Below are positions 36,850-48,223 of a stretch of DNA of 64,000 nt, piece by piece. The notes beneath the pieces are model-generated. The model was not told the DNA's origin. It made no database searches and worked only from the letters and a program-made list of their open reading frames with translations. The stretch comes from Adineta vaga (Eukaryota > Animalia > Rotifera), in assembly GCA_021613535.1 (NCBI GenBank), contig CP075497.1, forward strand, positions 9,884,585-9,948,584, in the 5' to 3' direction. The stretch's first letter is position 1, and each line of letters starts with the position of its first letter. The position numbers and the translations under genes were made by a program.

Positions 36850-37860
36850 CGAAATTATCTCACTGTATACAATACACCTTTTCGAACGAATGTAATTCTT
36901 GTTGAAGGATAAGGAAACACGGAGTTATCGTCTATCAACAAAATAAAAATATATGTTTAAAAATAGATGAAGATTTTTTGCAATGGAATATTTACATTTG
37001 ACATTATGTAAAACAAGAAGCCATTTTTCTTTGGCATACGAGAGATAAAACTAAATAGATTGAATGAAAAAGATAAATAAATTTTAAGAAGACTTACACG
37101 ATAACCAATTGGATAACTAAAATGTCCACCGTATATGCGAACAAATTCTTCAGCTAAAATGGGTAAAGATGGTCGTCGAGATCGATGAAAATAGTTTAGA
37201 AAACGACGAAATAGACTAGTTCTAAATATAGTTCATTATGAAAATAAAATTCGATCATAAAAACAATGTTGACTACTTTCGATGTAATGTCAACCAAATT
37301 TCAGAAATCCATGGATGATACATCGTAGACTCATAAAATAAACTTTCACTATCTGATCCATCATGTAAATTCATAACTGTATGTTGATGATTAAATCTAT
37401 CATCTGAAGATGAATGATGAGTAAATAATATCTTTTAGGAATCGTGCTTACCATATGTTGAAGATTTCATTAGATCATATTTATCTGGATATGGTTCGAA
37501 ACAATCGAAATATAGATCTATGAAGAACAAGTTCGAATTTTATTATCAAATTAAAGAATAACTAAACCTTCATCATAATCAATTGGATCACCTTCTAAAA
37601 AAATTCAAAAATGATTCGATTTTCTTTATGAAAAAAGAGAAAATCATGATGCTAACCGCAGTTATTTTGTACCCATTGTTCTAATAAATCCATAAAATAA
37701 TTAACTTCACGATTTTGATGGTTTATTTCAGGAATTTGAGAGAGAGAATTAAGATCAGGATACATTTTCAACTCATCATCTTGTTCAATAATGGTAAAAT
37801 GAATCTCTTCATGCTTATGTAGTATTAGACGACATTATCAGTTTCACGTGCATATAATGT
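36850..37860 (-). CDS. Unidentified small multi-exon gene (minus strand)
   Basis: Minus-strand open segments with plausible GT-AG joins: about 37800-37650 (HKHEEIHFTIIEQDDELKMYPDLNSLSQIPEINHQNREVNYFMDLLEQWVQNNCG), 37600-37560, 37520-37440 (IDLYFDCFEPYPDKYDLMKSSTYGKHDS), 37400-37280 (FNHQHTVMNLHDGSDSESLFYESTMYHPWISEIWLTLHRK) and 37215-37100 (LFRRFLNYFHRSRRPSLPILAEEFVRIYGGHFSYPIGY). Family not recognised; exon boundaries approximate. Confidence 0.3.
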
Positions 37861-37963
37861 AAATCATATACTCTTTCAAATAAACATTTATGTTTTTCTT
37901 TCATCGATAAAAAAAGAGGAATGTTGAGTTCATCTACATCTATACACACACACACTGTTTATT

Positions 37964-39380
37964 TCATTCAAATTCAACTTTTTCAACAGATAAATCGATC
38001 AATTTCGAAAGGATAGCTTCTTCTCCTTCTTCTTCATCTTCCTCTTCATCATCATCTATCAATAGTACGGCATTTGTATCGGTGTCTACCAATGAATCAA
38101 CTGTTTCTAATCTATTTAATTTCTTATTACTAATTGAATAAGATCCACTGAATGATGCTTTTCGGGGTAAATGTTCACGATGAGTGGTTTTCGGAAAATT
38201 TTTCGGATACAAATATGGTGAATTAACCGGTGTTACTGGACTGTTACTTTCTGTTTCTTCTTCTTCATAATTCCAAAATGGTTGTGCATCAATTAATAGT
38301 ACTTCATTAAATTTTTCAAAATCAAATCCACTTAAAGTGGAATTACATGATGAAAATGTATAACCCCAGAGAAGTTCATTCGGTAAATATGATGTTCGAA
38401 AATGACAAGAAAATCCTGTATAATCAAAACTACCTTCGATAATAGCAATCAATTCAAAATGATCATTTGTTAATGTTGAACGTTGAATACCATAGAGTGG
38501 ACTTTGAGGATTAATGATATGTTCAACAACATTTGGTCGAGGAAAGAATAATTGACCATTACGAAGATGTGTTATTTCCATATCATAGAGATGATGAGGA
38601 ATAACTTCACCTTCCTTTGTTTTTCGTCGACGAATCATTAATAAACGTACACTAGCAAATATTAATTGTGAAGGTGATAGATTACCTATTCGAAAAGTCA
38701 AAGCTAAATGATTATTTCGTGGTGCAATCAATGCATTATCACTAAAGACAACAAATTGTGATTTTTCTAGAATATTTTAACACAATTATATCATTTTATT
38801 GAAGTTTAGTTTTACCTGTTGGTCTTGACAATTTCGTAAAAACAACTTGTGTAACAATTACATGTAATAAATATCCTAATGATGATTGTAAAGTTAATAC
38901 AAGTATTCCACCCATACATTCTGTTGTAATATATCGTGAACCATAACCAATAGTATGTTGAGTTTCAATTGAAAAAAGTAATGCACTTAAAAAATTATGT
39001 ACATCTTGAACACATTTTTCTTGTTCTTTTGAAAATGGTTGTGTAGAATTTGTTTGATTATGAAATAGTTGATCATCTTCACTTATATCAAAATCTCCAT
39101 GTTCAATTGAAACAAGAAAATAAAGAAATGCAAAGAAAAACCAACTGATTATAAATCCAAATAAAACTAATGTTAATACTAACCACCATTCAGCTTGCAT
39201 AATAAATAAAATCAAATTTGAATGCATACTTTTGACTTGACCAAGAGATGAATATGAAACATTAATATGTCCATTTTTTCCAACGAAACGAAATCCATCA
39301 TTTGATGGCCAATCAAGACCATCATCTTTCGTATTACTTACACCATGATATTTTGTTTTAGGATGATCAATTGTATTCAT
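37964..39380 (-). CDS. Inward-rectifier potassium channel (Kir/KCNJ family), 2 coding exons
   Basis: Exon A 39380-about 38833 (MNTIDHP...RFVGKNGHINV, M1 helix, pore helix and selectivity filter SIETQHTIGYGSRYITTEC, M2 helix ...KLSRPT). A 51-nt intron lies at about 38782-38832. Exon B about 38781-37964 (EKSQFVVFSDNALIAPRNNHLALTF... cytoplasmic Kir domain, acidic tail DDDEEEDEEEGEE, stop). Confidence 0.9.
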
Positions 39381-40150
39381 TCTTTCTCATAGATTTCAAC
39401 TCCTCTTATTCAATACTATATTGAGTTAGAAAGTATAAAAAAAAACAAATGAATCGTCGCCTGTGAATATGCAATTTGTATATCTATTCGTTTAAGATAC
39501 TATCATACATTTACCTTGCTTACTTATATACACTTGTATATACACCCATAAATTTATCTGTTCTGTTTTATCCTACAGTCGGTTTTTCATTCATACTTCA
39601 CATATGTATGATGAAAAAAAAAACCTGATCATATACTAGTATCCGTTCGACCTTCTGTTCATTGTAGGTATCAGATGACTGATCGTTTATTTAATAAAAG
39701 CTTTTCTTTTTATCAATTAAAATGACGAATAAAGTCACTGATATTCTATTTTTTTCAAACTGAAAATAATATTTGTTCGACAATGTAGTTTCATATAATA
39801 CTGCCATCTGTCATCGTAGAAGATCTTTGATGGATGTATTGGACCAATCGATAAGAAAATAAATAAAAGTCATATAATCCAACTGGCCTACTATTTCCTT
39901 CAATCAAGGCCATCTACTTCAATCCTCCAATAAAAATGATTGATAAGAAAAGGAATCAATCAAAATGAGGGTACATAAAGATACACATAAAGTTTACAAT
40001 GGAGTTAGCACATGTAAAGAGATATATTCTGTCACTTCAAGAAACAAACAAGTATTTTTATTTTTCAATTTTGTTTCTTTTAAGATCTAATAGAAAAATT
40101 ATATATTTTTGTTCTTGTTTATCATCAACCAAATAATTTGATATGTTCTA

Positions 40151-41305
40151 TTGATATCTAACGACAAAAAGAAGATCATGTCGCCAAATAATCGTTTTTT
40201 ATCACGTTTTTTTTCACGTTCATCTCCTTCTAATATTGATCATCAACGATCTCATCAACTTGTAAATACCGACGATGAAATAAATGTCGACGAACAATCA
40301 ACATCTGATGAACAAAATCTCGTTTCTCAACCAATATCAACACGAATTCGTTCATCAACACCCTCAATTATTAAACGATACGAACGAAATTATGCATCAG
40401 CATCATGTAGTATGTTTGCTATTGCAGCACTAGCTGTTAGCTTATCTGATTATCGATGGTTCTGGTTAAATGGTGGTCTATGCAATTCAAAATATATTGG
40501 TTTAAGCATGTTTTTTGCTGTTGGAAAATTATTTGTTGTACGAGTACCTGTACCATGGGATCCATCAGCGCCAATCAATGAAATTTATCAATTTAAACCA
40601 AATGATTATATGGGTATGTTGTTTTCTTCGTCTTATAAAAATGAAATAATTATCTTTTCTTTTCCCAATAGAATTAACTGGTTGTGTAGATACACGTTCA
40701 ATATTGATCCTTCGTTTAATAATTACATTAATTTGTTTAGCGATATTTTCTTCTACTATCGGTTTTCTATTAGATGCTCTGGGACCAATGAAGTATGGTT
40801 TGAAATTTATGAGACGTCATGCTTTTTGGCATATTCTTTCAGGTAAATAAAATTGTTGAATTATTTCTTTTATGAAAGCTTTATTTTTTTCTTTTTGTTT
40901 AGTTTCTCTTTGTACAGTAGTGTCTGGGTTATGTTTCTGGGCATCAGAATTGATCTATGATATTCAAGATAAAAATCGCTCAAAAATAGGAAAAAAAGTT
41001 GAAGTTCAATTTGATGTTGCTTATTATCTAGTTGTGATTTCAAGTGGCCTTTCACTATTAGCAGCTGCTTTTGCACTTTTAAGACGATATCCAACCGCTG
41101 AAGAAGAACATTTAGATAGGTAATTTATTTTCTTTAATGAGTACTCTTATTTCGCATTCCATATTAATTTAGATTAATGGATGATTGGTCACGACGTGAA
41201 GAACCGTTATTTATTGAACGGGCATTACCGGCAACCATATCAACTATCCCGACTAATAATGAACCACCACCTGAATATTCCGAACAGAATGTTATTGTAG
41301 TATGA
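40151..41305 (+). CDS. Four-transmembrane protein of the claudin/PMP22/LHFPL-like tetraspan type, 4 exons
   Basis: Exons 40151-about 40609, about 40670-40842, about 40898-41121 and about 41173-41305. Predicted TM helices are MFAIAALAVSLSDYRWFW (followed by an extracellular GGLCNSKYIG loop), ILILRLIITLICLAIFSSTIGFLL, VSLCTVVSGLCFWASELIY and VAYYLVVISSGLSLLAAAFALL. The C-terminal tail carries a PPPEY motif (PY-type WW-domain-ligand motif). Confidence 0.45.
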
Positions 41306-41693
41306 ACAAGTATTTTTTTTCAGAATCTCTTCTACAAAACAGTGATTTCTATCTACAATAACTTTTCTCATACTTTTCTATTTGTAAAATATAATTTGAG
41401 ACTGCTTTTTCTTTTCTGTCTACTACTTCTCTTCGCTTTTCTCTCATTCTCTCTCTTTTTGTTCGCTGTAATTACTTTCCTACTTACACATCATAGTTAA
41501 TGGGAATAAATAAAACAAATCAGTTGAAGATATGTTATCATAATTCTATAATCATAGAACTAACAATACCATGTCTTTTTCTTCTTCTGTAGATGATGAC
41601 AATATCTTATCCAAGTATTAAGGTCATGTCTTAAATCTAATACCTTGACGACGAATATATTATACATCAAGTGCCTATGTGTCACTACTCATC

Positions 41694-43722
41694 ATGGTTC
41701 TTTCTGAAAAACAAAAAAATGAACTGTAAGTATTGATTTTCATTTTTAGTCGTTAAATTCATTTTCTCATTCTCGACTTGTTTATTTAGTAATCAAGCTA
41801 TAGCTGAATATCTAACAACAAATGGATATACAATATCCTTCAAAGAATTTTGTAGAGAAGCAAATCTTGTATGAAAAAACTATTGTATATGTAAGAAAAA
41901 GTTTGTTGAATGATTCTTTTTTAGCCGTCAAATGAAAGTGCGGAAAGAAAAGATCAATTGGAGAAGAAATGGACTTCAGTCATACGACTACAGAAAAAAG
42001 CAAGAATAAATATATCAATAGGTATAAATGATTATTTGTTGTTGTTGTTGTTGTTAGGTCATGGATCTTGAAACCAAATTACAAGAAGCTCTTCAAGAAG
42101 CAACAACTGGTGGACCCACTCGAGAGAAACGTCAACCTGGAGAATGGGTTCCACGTCCTCCTGAAAAATTTGAATTAAAAGGTCATCGTGATACGGTGAC
42201 ACGTGTTGTCTTTCATCCAACTTTCGATGTTATTGCATCAGCGAGTGAAGATGCAACAATTAAAGTAATAAACAGTTCAATAACATTATTATTTATGATG
42301 TAATTGAACTTTTTTTCTTCTTCTTATAGATATGGGATTATGAATCAGGTGAATATGAACGAACGTTAAAAGGTCATACAGCACCGGTGCAAGATATTGC
42401 CTTTGATCATACAGGCAAATGGCTTGGTACGAAACTTTGTTTTTTATTCGACAAAAATCAATTATTGGATGATTTCTTGTTTAGTATCATGTTCTGCCGA
42501 CATGAGTGTTCGTCTGTGGGATTTTCAAACTTATCAATGTGTAAAAACAATGCATGGTAATAAAGAATTGAGTTTTGTGTTAGAAATAGTCTTATATTGT
42601 GCTACAGGTCATGATCACAATGTTTCTTCGGTAACATTTACTCCAAGTGGTGATCATATTATTTCATGCAGTCGAGATAAAACGATTAAAATATGGGAAG
42701 TTTCAACAACGTAAGTTGCATATCTCAAAACAATTCTACGAAGTGATTATTCATTTGAGAGACTAATTTAATAGTTAATCCTCTTTAACAGATAAGTATA
42801 CGATATTCTATCGATTCATACTTTCATAATAGAAAATTATTGATTGAAAATGATCATGTCACGCAGGACACATGTTGATGTGCTCTAATCTATGGTCAAT
42901 ATGACACTGATAATAATAATTATTATTCTTTCGTATAGATTTTGTGTAAAATCTCTTGTTGGTCATCGAGAATGGGTGCGTATGATACGTGTTTATCAAG
43001 ATAGTACATTACTAGCCAGTTGCTCAGTCGATCATGTATGTCAATTGAATTATTCCTAAAAAAATGAATGATGATTGTATCTGTATTAGACTGTACGAAT
43101 TTGGTCGTTACCAAGTGGGGAATGCAAGAGTGAATTACGCGGTCATGACAATGTAATTGAATGTATTGCTTGGGCACCAGATTCAGCTGGACCACACATA
43201 TCTGAATCAGTTTCCAATGGTGGATCTGAGGTATAGATTATTATTCTTTTTCTTTGATAAACAAATGAATGATATTGTTTTTATTAGATACAAAAACGAT
43301 CCGGTCCTTATCTTGTATCCGGTGCACGTGATAAGACAATCCGAATGTGGGATGCAGTTAATGGTCTTTGCTTATTTATATTAGTAAATATTTGATATGA
43401 ATCGAAAAATTTCATTAATATTCTTTATTTGTATTTAGACGGGCCATGATAATTGGGTTCGTGGCCTTCTCTTTCATCCAGGTGGCAAATATCTTTTGAG
43501 TTGTTCTGATGATAAATCATTACGCGTATGGGATATCAAAAATAAACGAAATACTAAAACCATCGATGCTCATACTCATTTTTGTACTTCACTTGGTAAG
43601 AAAAACTGATTCTATCGATTATTATATTTATTTTCTCTCTGAATTTAGATATGCATCGAAATAAACCTTTCGTGATTACAGGTAGTGTTGATACATCAGT
43701 TAAAGTTTGGGAATGTCGTTAA
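41694..43722 (+). CDS. PAFAH1B1: LIS1 (PAFAH1B1) orthologue: LisH + coiled coil + 7 WD40 repeats; 12 exons resolved
   Basis: Exons 41694-41725 ([11 protein letters not shown]), 41790-41868 ([26 protein letters not shown]), 41925-41999 (..[12 protein letters not shown]), 42058-42264 (VMDLETKL...[41 protein letters not shown]), 42330-42426, 42485-42556, 42608-42710, 42939-43035, 43090-43230, 43288-43383, 43439-43595 and 43649-43722 ([24 protein letters not shown], stop). Every junction is in phase. The protein is near-colinear with vertebrate LIS1. Confidence 0.95.
42000..42057 (+). other. PAFAH1B1: GC-AG intron (donor GCAAGA) between LIS1 exons 3 and 4
   Basis: Exon 3 must end at ...CTA CAG AAA AAA (RLQKK) and exon 4 must begin GTC ATG GAT (VMD) to keep the conserved LIS1 sequence RLQKKVMELE. 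The only in-phase solution uses a GC donor at 42000 and an AG acceptor at 42056-42057 after a (TTG)n pyrimidine-rich tract. Confidence 0.6.
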
Positions 43723-43753
43723 AATCCTTTTATTCTCTCTGGTCAACATCAAC

Positions 43754-43759
43754 AATAAA
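43754..43759 (+). terminator. PAFAH1B1: AATAAA polyadenylation signal about 32 nt downstream of the LIS1 stop
   Basis: caacaataaaag at 43750-43761, after the stop at 43720-43722. Confidence 0.35.
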
Positions 43760-44814
43760 AGAAAAAAGACTTGCCAATCGTTGTCCCTCTCGTTCCAACT
43801 TTCATCCCAATCAATTTATATTCCTATATTTGTGTGATGAAAATGTCTTCTATTATTTATTTTCTTGTTCTTTCATAAATGTATATGCTATTAATGCAAT
43901 ATCTTTTTTCTTTAGTCACACATACGCATATATAAATCTTTCTCATTATTTATATATATATATACATTAAAATTCCCGAGAGAACTAAAAGAAAATCTAG
44001 TTAATTATTAGAAGACATAAGTAGCACAAAACTCTTTCTGATGTATGAGCGAACAAAAAAAACCTAAAGAAACCTGCACACAAAAATGCATTTTGTTTGT
44101 TTTTTCCTATCTTTCTTTTTCTCTATTTTTTTGAAAAAAAACGACATATGAGCGAGACTAGAAAGAATAAAAAGCATATGTGAATGGATTACTTTGTTTA
44201 CTTTTCTTCCCGCGTTGCTTGTGTATGTCTGTTGATTTTACTTGTGTGTGCATTGTTGATTTAGACTCGTGCTCTCTCTTTCTTTCTTTCTTTTTTCTTT
44301 GTGTGCGTTGGTTGGTTATCTTTCTTTCGTTTTTTTCTCTATTCACTTCTTTTTCGCTCAAATACAGTACAGAAGTTTGAAAACAAACTATGAACACTGA
44401 CTAGATTAAAATTATAAATGAGATTAATCGTTGTGTATAAGTTAAATTCAGATTCGCCGAATATTTACCATAGAAGTAACATGAATACGAACAATTTTGA
44501 GTTTTTCAAGGATAATGTAAACACAGTTTTCTATAGGATATTCACAACTAGCATGTAGAAAATTCTTGTTGATAATGTACCTTACTGTTCGTATCTATAT
44601 GGTATGTGTCCATTTTAAGCAGCGTAGTTTGTGACTAACCATTGATTAGATGATCGAAATGAGAAAGACACAAGATTGAAAATATGGATATAAGTTCATG
44701 ATCTGTTTGTTCATCACCATCAATAGTTGGTGCTTATTTCAGACGAATTCTGGTACCAATCAGTATATAGTGTATATCTAAAAAATATGTCAATCACAGA
44801 TAAATAGATAAGTT

Positions 44815-47800
44815 TCATTTCGAAGAATTAAAAAAAGGAAATATTGATAGAATAGATCTTTCTTTTCGCAAAACTTCAACAATATCTTTAAAAGCAGGTC
44901 GATCTTTGGGATTAAATGACCAAGATTCAGTCATAATTTGATACATATTTGCCGGACATTTATCGGGTCGTTTCAAACGTTCACCTAAATGAATTTCATA
45001 AAATAAATTTAAATTCAAAAACAAAAATAAACTTACCTCGTTTCACCGCATCACTAACTAAATGATTATGGGCAATATGTGCATAAGGCAAAGTAGCTTT
45101 ACTAAAGATTTCCCATGCTGTTATACCATATGACCACACATCAGCTTTTGTTGTATATGGTCCTACGAAACATGTATTGATGATATGATTAATGGAAAAA
45201 GCATCTTTCTGACCTCGAGATAAAACTTCTACTGCCCACCAACGTACAGGAAATTCTTTTCTTTGAGTAAAATATTCTTCATCATCTTGAAGACAACGTG
45301 ATAAACCAAAATCAGCTACTTTAACTCGTCCATTTTTATCAACTAAACAATTTCGAGCAGCTAAATCTCTAATAAATTCATTCAATAGTATATATATATA
45401 TATACATAACATTTTTCAAAATAATATACCGATGAATAACATTATAACTTTCAAGGTATGCCATTCCTTTAGCTATTTCATAGCACATTTGCGTTAATTG
45501 CGGGGGACGTAATTCATTTTTTTTCAAATAATTACTTAAACTTCCTTCTGAAAAAAAATGAGAAACAAAATCGAATAGATTTTCTTAGATTCAATCGTAC
45601 GTTCAACAAGTTCCATAACAATCATCATTGGTTCACGATATGCAGCAATACCAATAAAATTAACAATTCGTTTATGTTTATAACGTTTCAACACAAGTGC
45701 TTCATTGACGAAACTTTCTCGATCAATTGGACTTAATACATTCGTTTCTGATCGAAGTACTTTAACAGCAACAGGCAATTTTCGATATTCACCACGAGTT
45801 ACGTCACCAAAATGACCCTTAACAAATATAATACATGCATAGATAAAAATCTGCGTAAATTAGAGTTCTATCGAAATAAATTGAATATTTGATCAATCAA
45901 AAGTGCTTCCTATAGTCAATACAACGATGTGCGATCAGTGAAACTAATCGATTAAATATATTCTTACTATATGACTTACAGAGCCTATATTTTCAAAAAG
46001 TGTGATTTCATCATTATGGATAACATAATTCGGTTTTTCTATTGGTCGTACGAGACGTGTTCCATCATCACGTAATTCCAATCTTTGACGTGTATAATAG
46101 ACAATTAATTTCGGAACTGATGATTTGCCAATACCATTCATTTGAAAATAGTACATCTGATAGAAAGCATAAATAAATAAATAAATAAATAAATGAATGA
46201 ATGAAAATAAAAACATCGGTATATTTTTCTTCTTACACTATCTTTTTCATGAATAAAAAAGTGACCATCCTTCAATTTACTTTGATCTTTTGGATCAGTC
46301 CATAAAATTGATAATACGATTTTACCTTGATCGTTAAGTCGAATTAAATAATCTCCTTTTTCGACGAGAAGGTCAACACTTTGAACACGTGGCATAAGTC
46401 CGTGAAAATATGCTTGATCTTCCAATCGATCAGACAACTAAATGAAAAAGAAAACAATAATCTTCTTATTTTGTTGTAGAATTCATTCTTAAATCTTACA
46501 GCCATAAGTAATTCTTGATGAAGTAGTGTATCATCACTATCCGGTGAATCATCGAATGTTTCTTGTAAATCATTTTTTAAATTTTCCATCCAGATTATTT
46601 TCATTCTTAGATTGTCAGCCTGTTGTTCTTGTTCGAAGTAACTCTTTCGACCTTGATAAGTCCTAAAAATGAACATGTTTTATTTACATAAGTATAGTTG
46701 ATATTACAAACGTTTCTTTATCTCTAATTTGATCTATGACTTGAAGGATAGCAGATAATTCCATATTCGCTCTATTTACTTCATCTGTTAACGTTCGAAC
46801 TCTAAATATAAATCATTAGATTGGTCAACAAATAGAAAGAAAGTTTTTGATTTTCTACTTTTGTCTCAATACATTGATTACTGAATCACTTGTTGTATCA
46901 TCAACAAAAATTCTGTCTACTTCAAGATTCGATAAGCCAGATGTTTGCAATAATAATTCATTGAATACGATGGGTTTTGTTGTGAGCAATGGTATGCTAT
47001 GTTATATAAATCAATTTTACAGAAATATTCGAAACATGACTGTACAAACTTTGAATGTATTTTACATAATTCATCATAACAATGACGAGGATCAATTGAA
47101 TAAAGTTGCTGTAGATTTTCATTACTCGTTAATGAATTATGAACATTGTCATTCTTGTAGTTTGCAATAAATTCCAATACAGATTGCCTACATTTTCAAG
47201 ATATGTTGGAAATGGATATAAGTATTTTAAACTTACCATTGCCGATTAAGAATCAATTGAACTTCTTCATAATAAACCAATAAATTATGTACTTTACGAA
47301 CGTGTTGTTCATCAATTGAATTATATTCTCGAACTGTAAAAACGTATTCATTATGAGCACGATAGACATTATCTGCTTTTCAATAACTAGACGTGTTAAA
47401 CTAACAATTCTATTATCATTTCGAGCAGCTAAATAAAAAAAAATAAATACTTAAATTCATAGAGAATCTGATTAAGGGTGAATTGATGTTCTATTTCCTA
47501 GTAACAAAAACTCTTACCCTCACTAATTTTGCTTAATTCACTATTCTTGGCTACGAATAATTTAGCTTCATTTAAATAACGTTTTTCAGCTTCACCCACA
47601 TCTATTTGAGCCTAAAAAGATCGTAGTTAAATTATAATGTTGAAATAAATAGTTTATTTGCATATCAATTAAGAAAATAAGAAGATTTGCGAAACAATTC
47701 TTTACCTTTCGATGTTCATTTTCATATTGACGTTTTTGATCTTCAAAAAATCTTTTCATTTCAGATTTATTTTCAAGAAGACTTTTTATTAAATCATCCA

Positions 47801-48223
47801 GTACGGTACGTCGAAATTGATCAGCATTTGAATCGATGATTGTTGCTCGATGAGACCATTGCATTAGAAGTTCATGACATGCCTTTGAATGTGACAAAAT
47901 TAAAATTTAATTATCGAAATATTACAATCTTTTGAATTTACAGTTGCAATTGAATTTGTTTCCGTTGGCCATGTAATTCGATCAGCTTTTGCTGTTAATT
48001 CTTGCAGATTTTTTGCATAGAGTTTATCTAAATTAAGTCTTTCTTCGAGAATCTTTTTGGTATCTTGAAGAAGTTTATATTCGTCATTGATAACTGTGCT
48101 TAATAATTGACAACCTTCATCACTCGAGAAAATTGTCGATAATTGTTGAGAAGTATTATTAGATGAATTAGGTAACAATGAATTTCGATGATTTTGAGCT
48201 GTTCGTGGTCTTTGTACATTCAT
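44815..48223 (-). CDS. Fes/Fer (Fps)-type non-receptor tyrosine kinase: F-BAR/FCH N-terminus, coiled coil, SH2, kinase domain
   Basis: Minus-strand exons include 48223-47900 (start; FCH-like EGCQLLSTVINDEYKLLQDTKKILEERLNLDKLYAKNLQEL), 47897-47592, about 47330-46700 (coiled coil), 46676-46344, 46437-46250 (SH2: AYFHGLMPRVQSVDLLVEKGDYLIRL), about 46140-45950 (SH2 end), 45778-45560 (kinase N-lobe: VAVKVLRSE), about 45412-45040 (HRDLAARNCLV, DFGLSR, PVRW-AVEVL, DVWSYGI) and 45024-44815 (C-lobe end, stop). A 51-nt in-frame intron at 45153-45203 is read through by the ORF track. Confidence 0.85.

Noticed and set aside
45040-45412. Apparently aberrant kinase motif ...FPVRWWAVEVLSRGQKDAFSINHIINTCFVGPYTTKADVWSYGI in the Fes/Fer catalytic domain (looked like a corrupted or inserted activation segment)
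   Set aside because: It is explained by a 51-nt in-frame GT..AG intron (plus-strand 45153-45203) that the ORF track reads through. Removing it gives RWWAVEVLSRG|PYTTKADVWSYGI, colinear with [24 protein letters not shown] of Fer.
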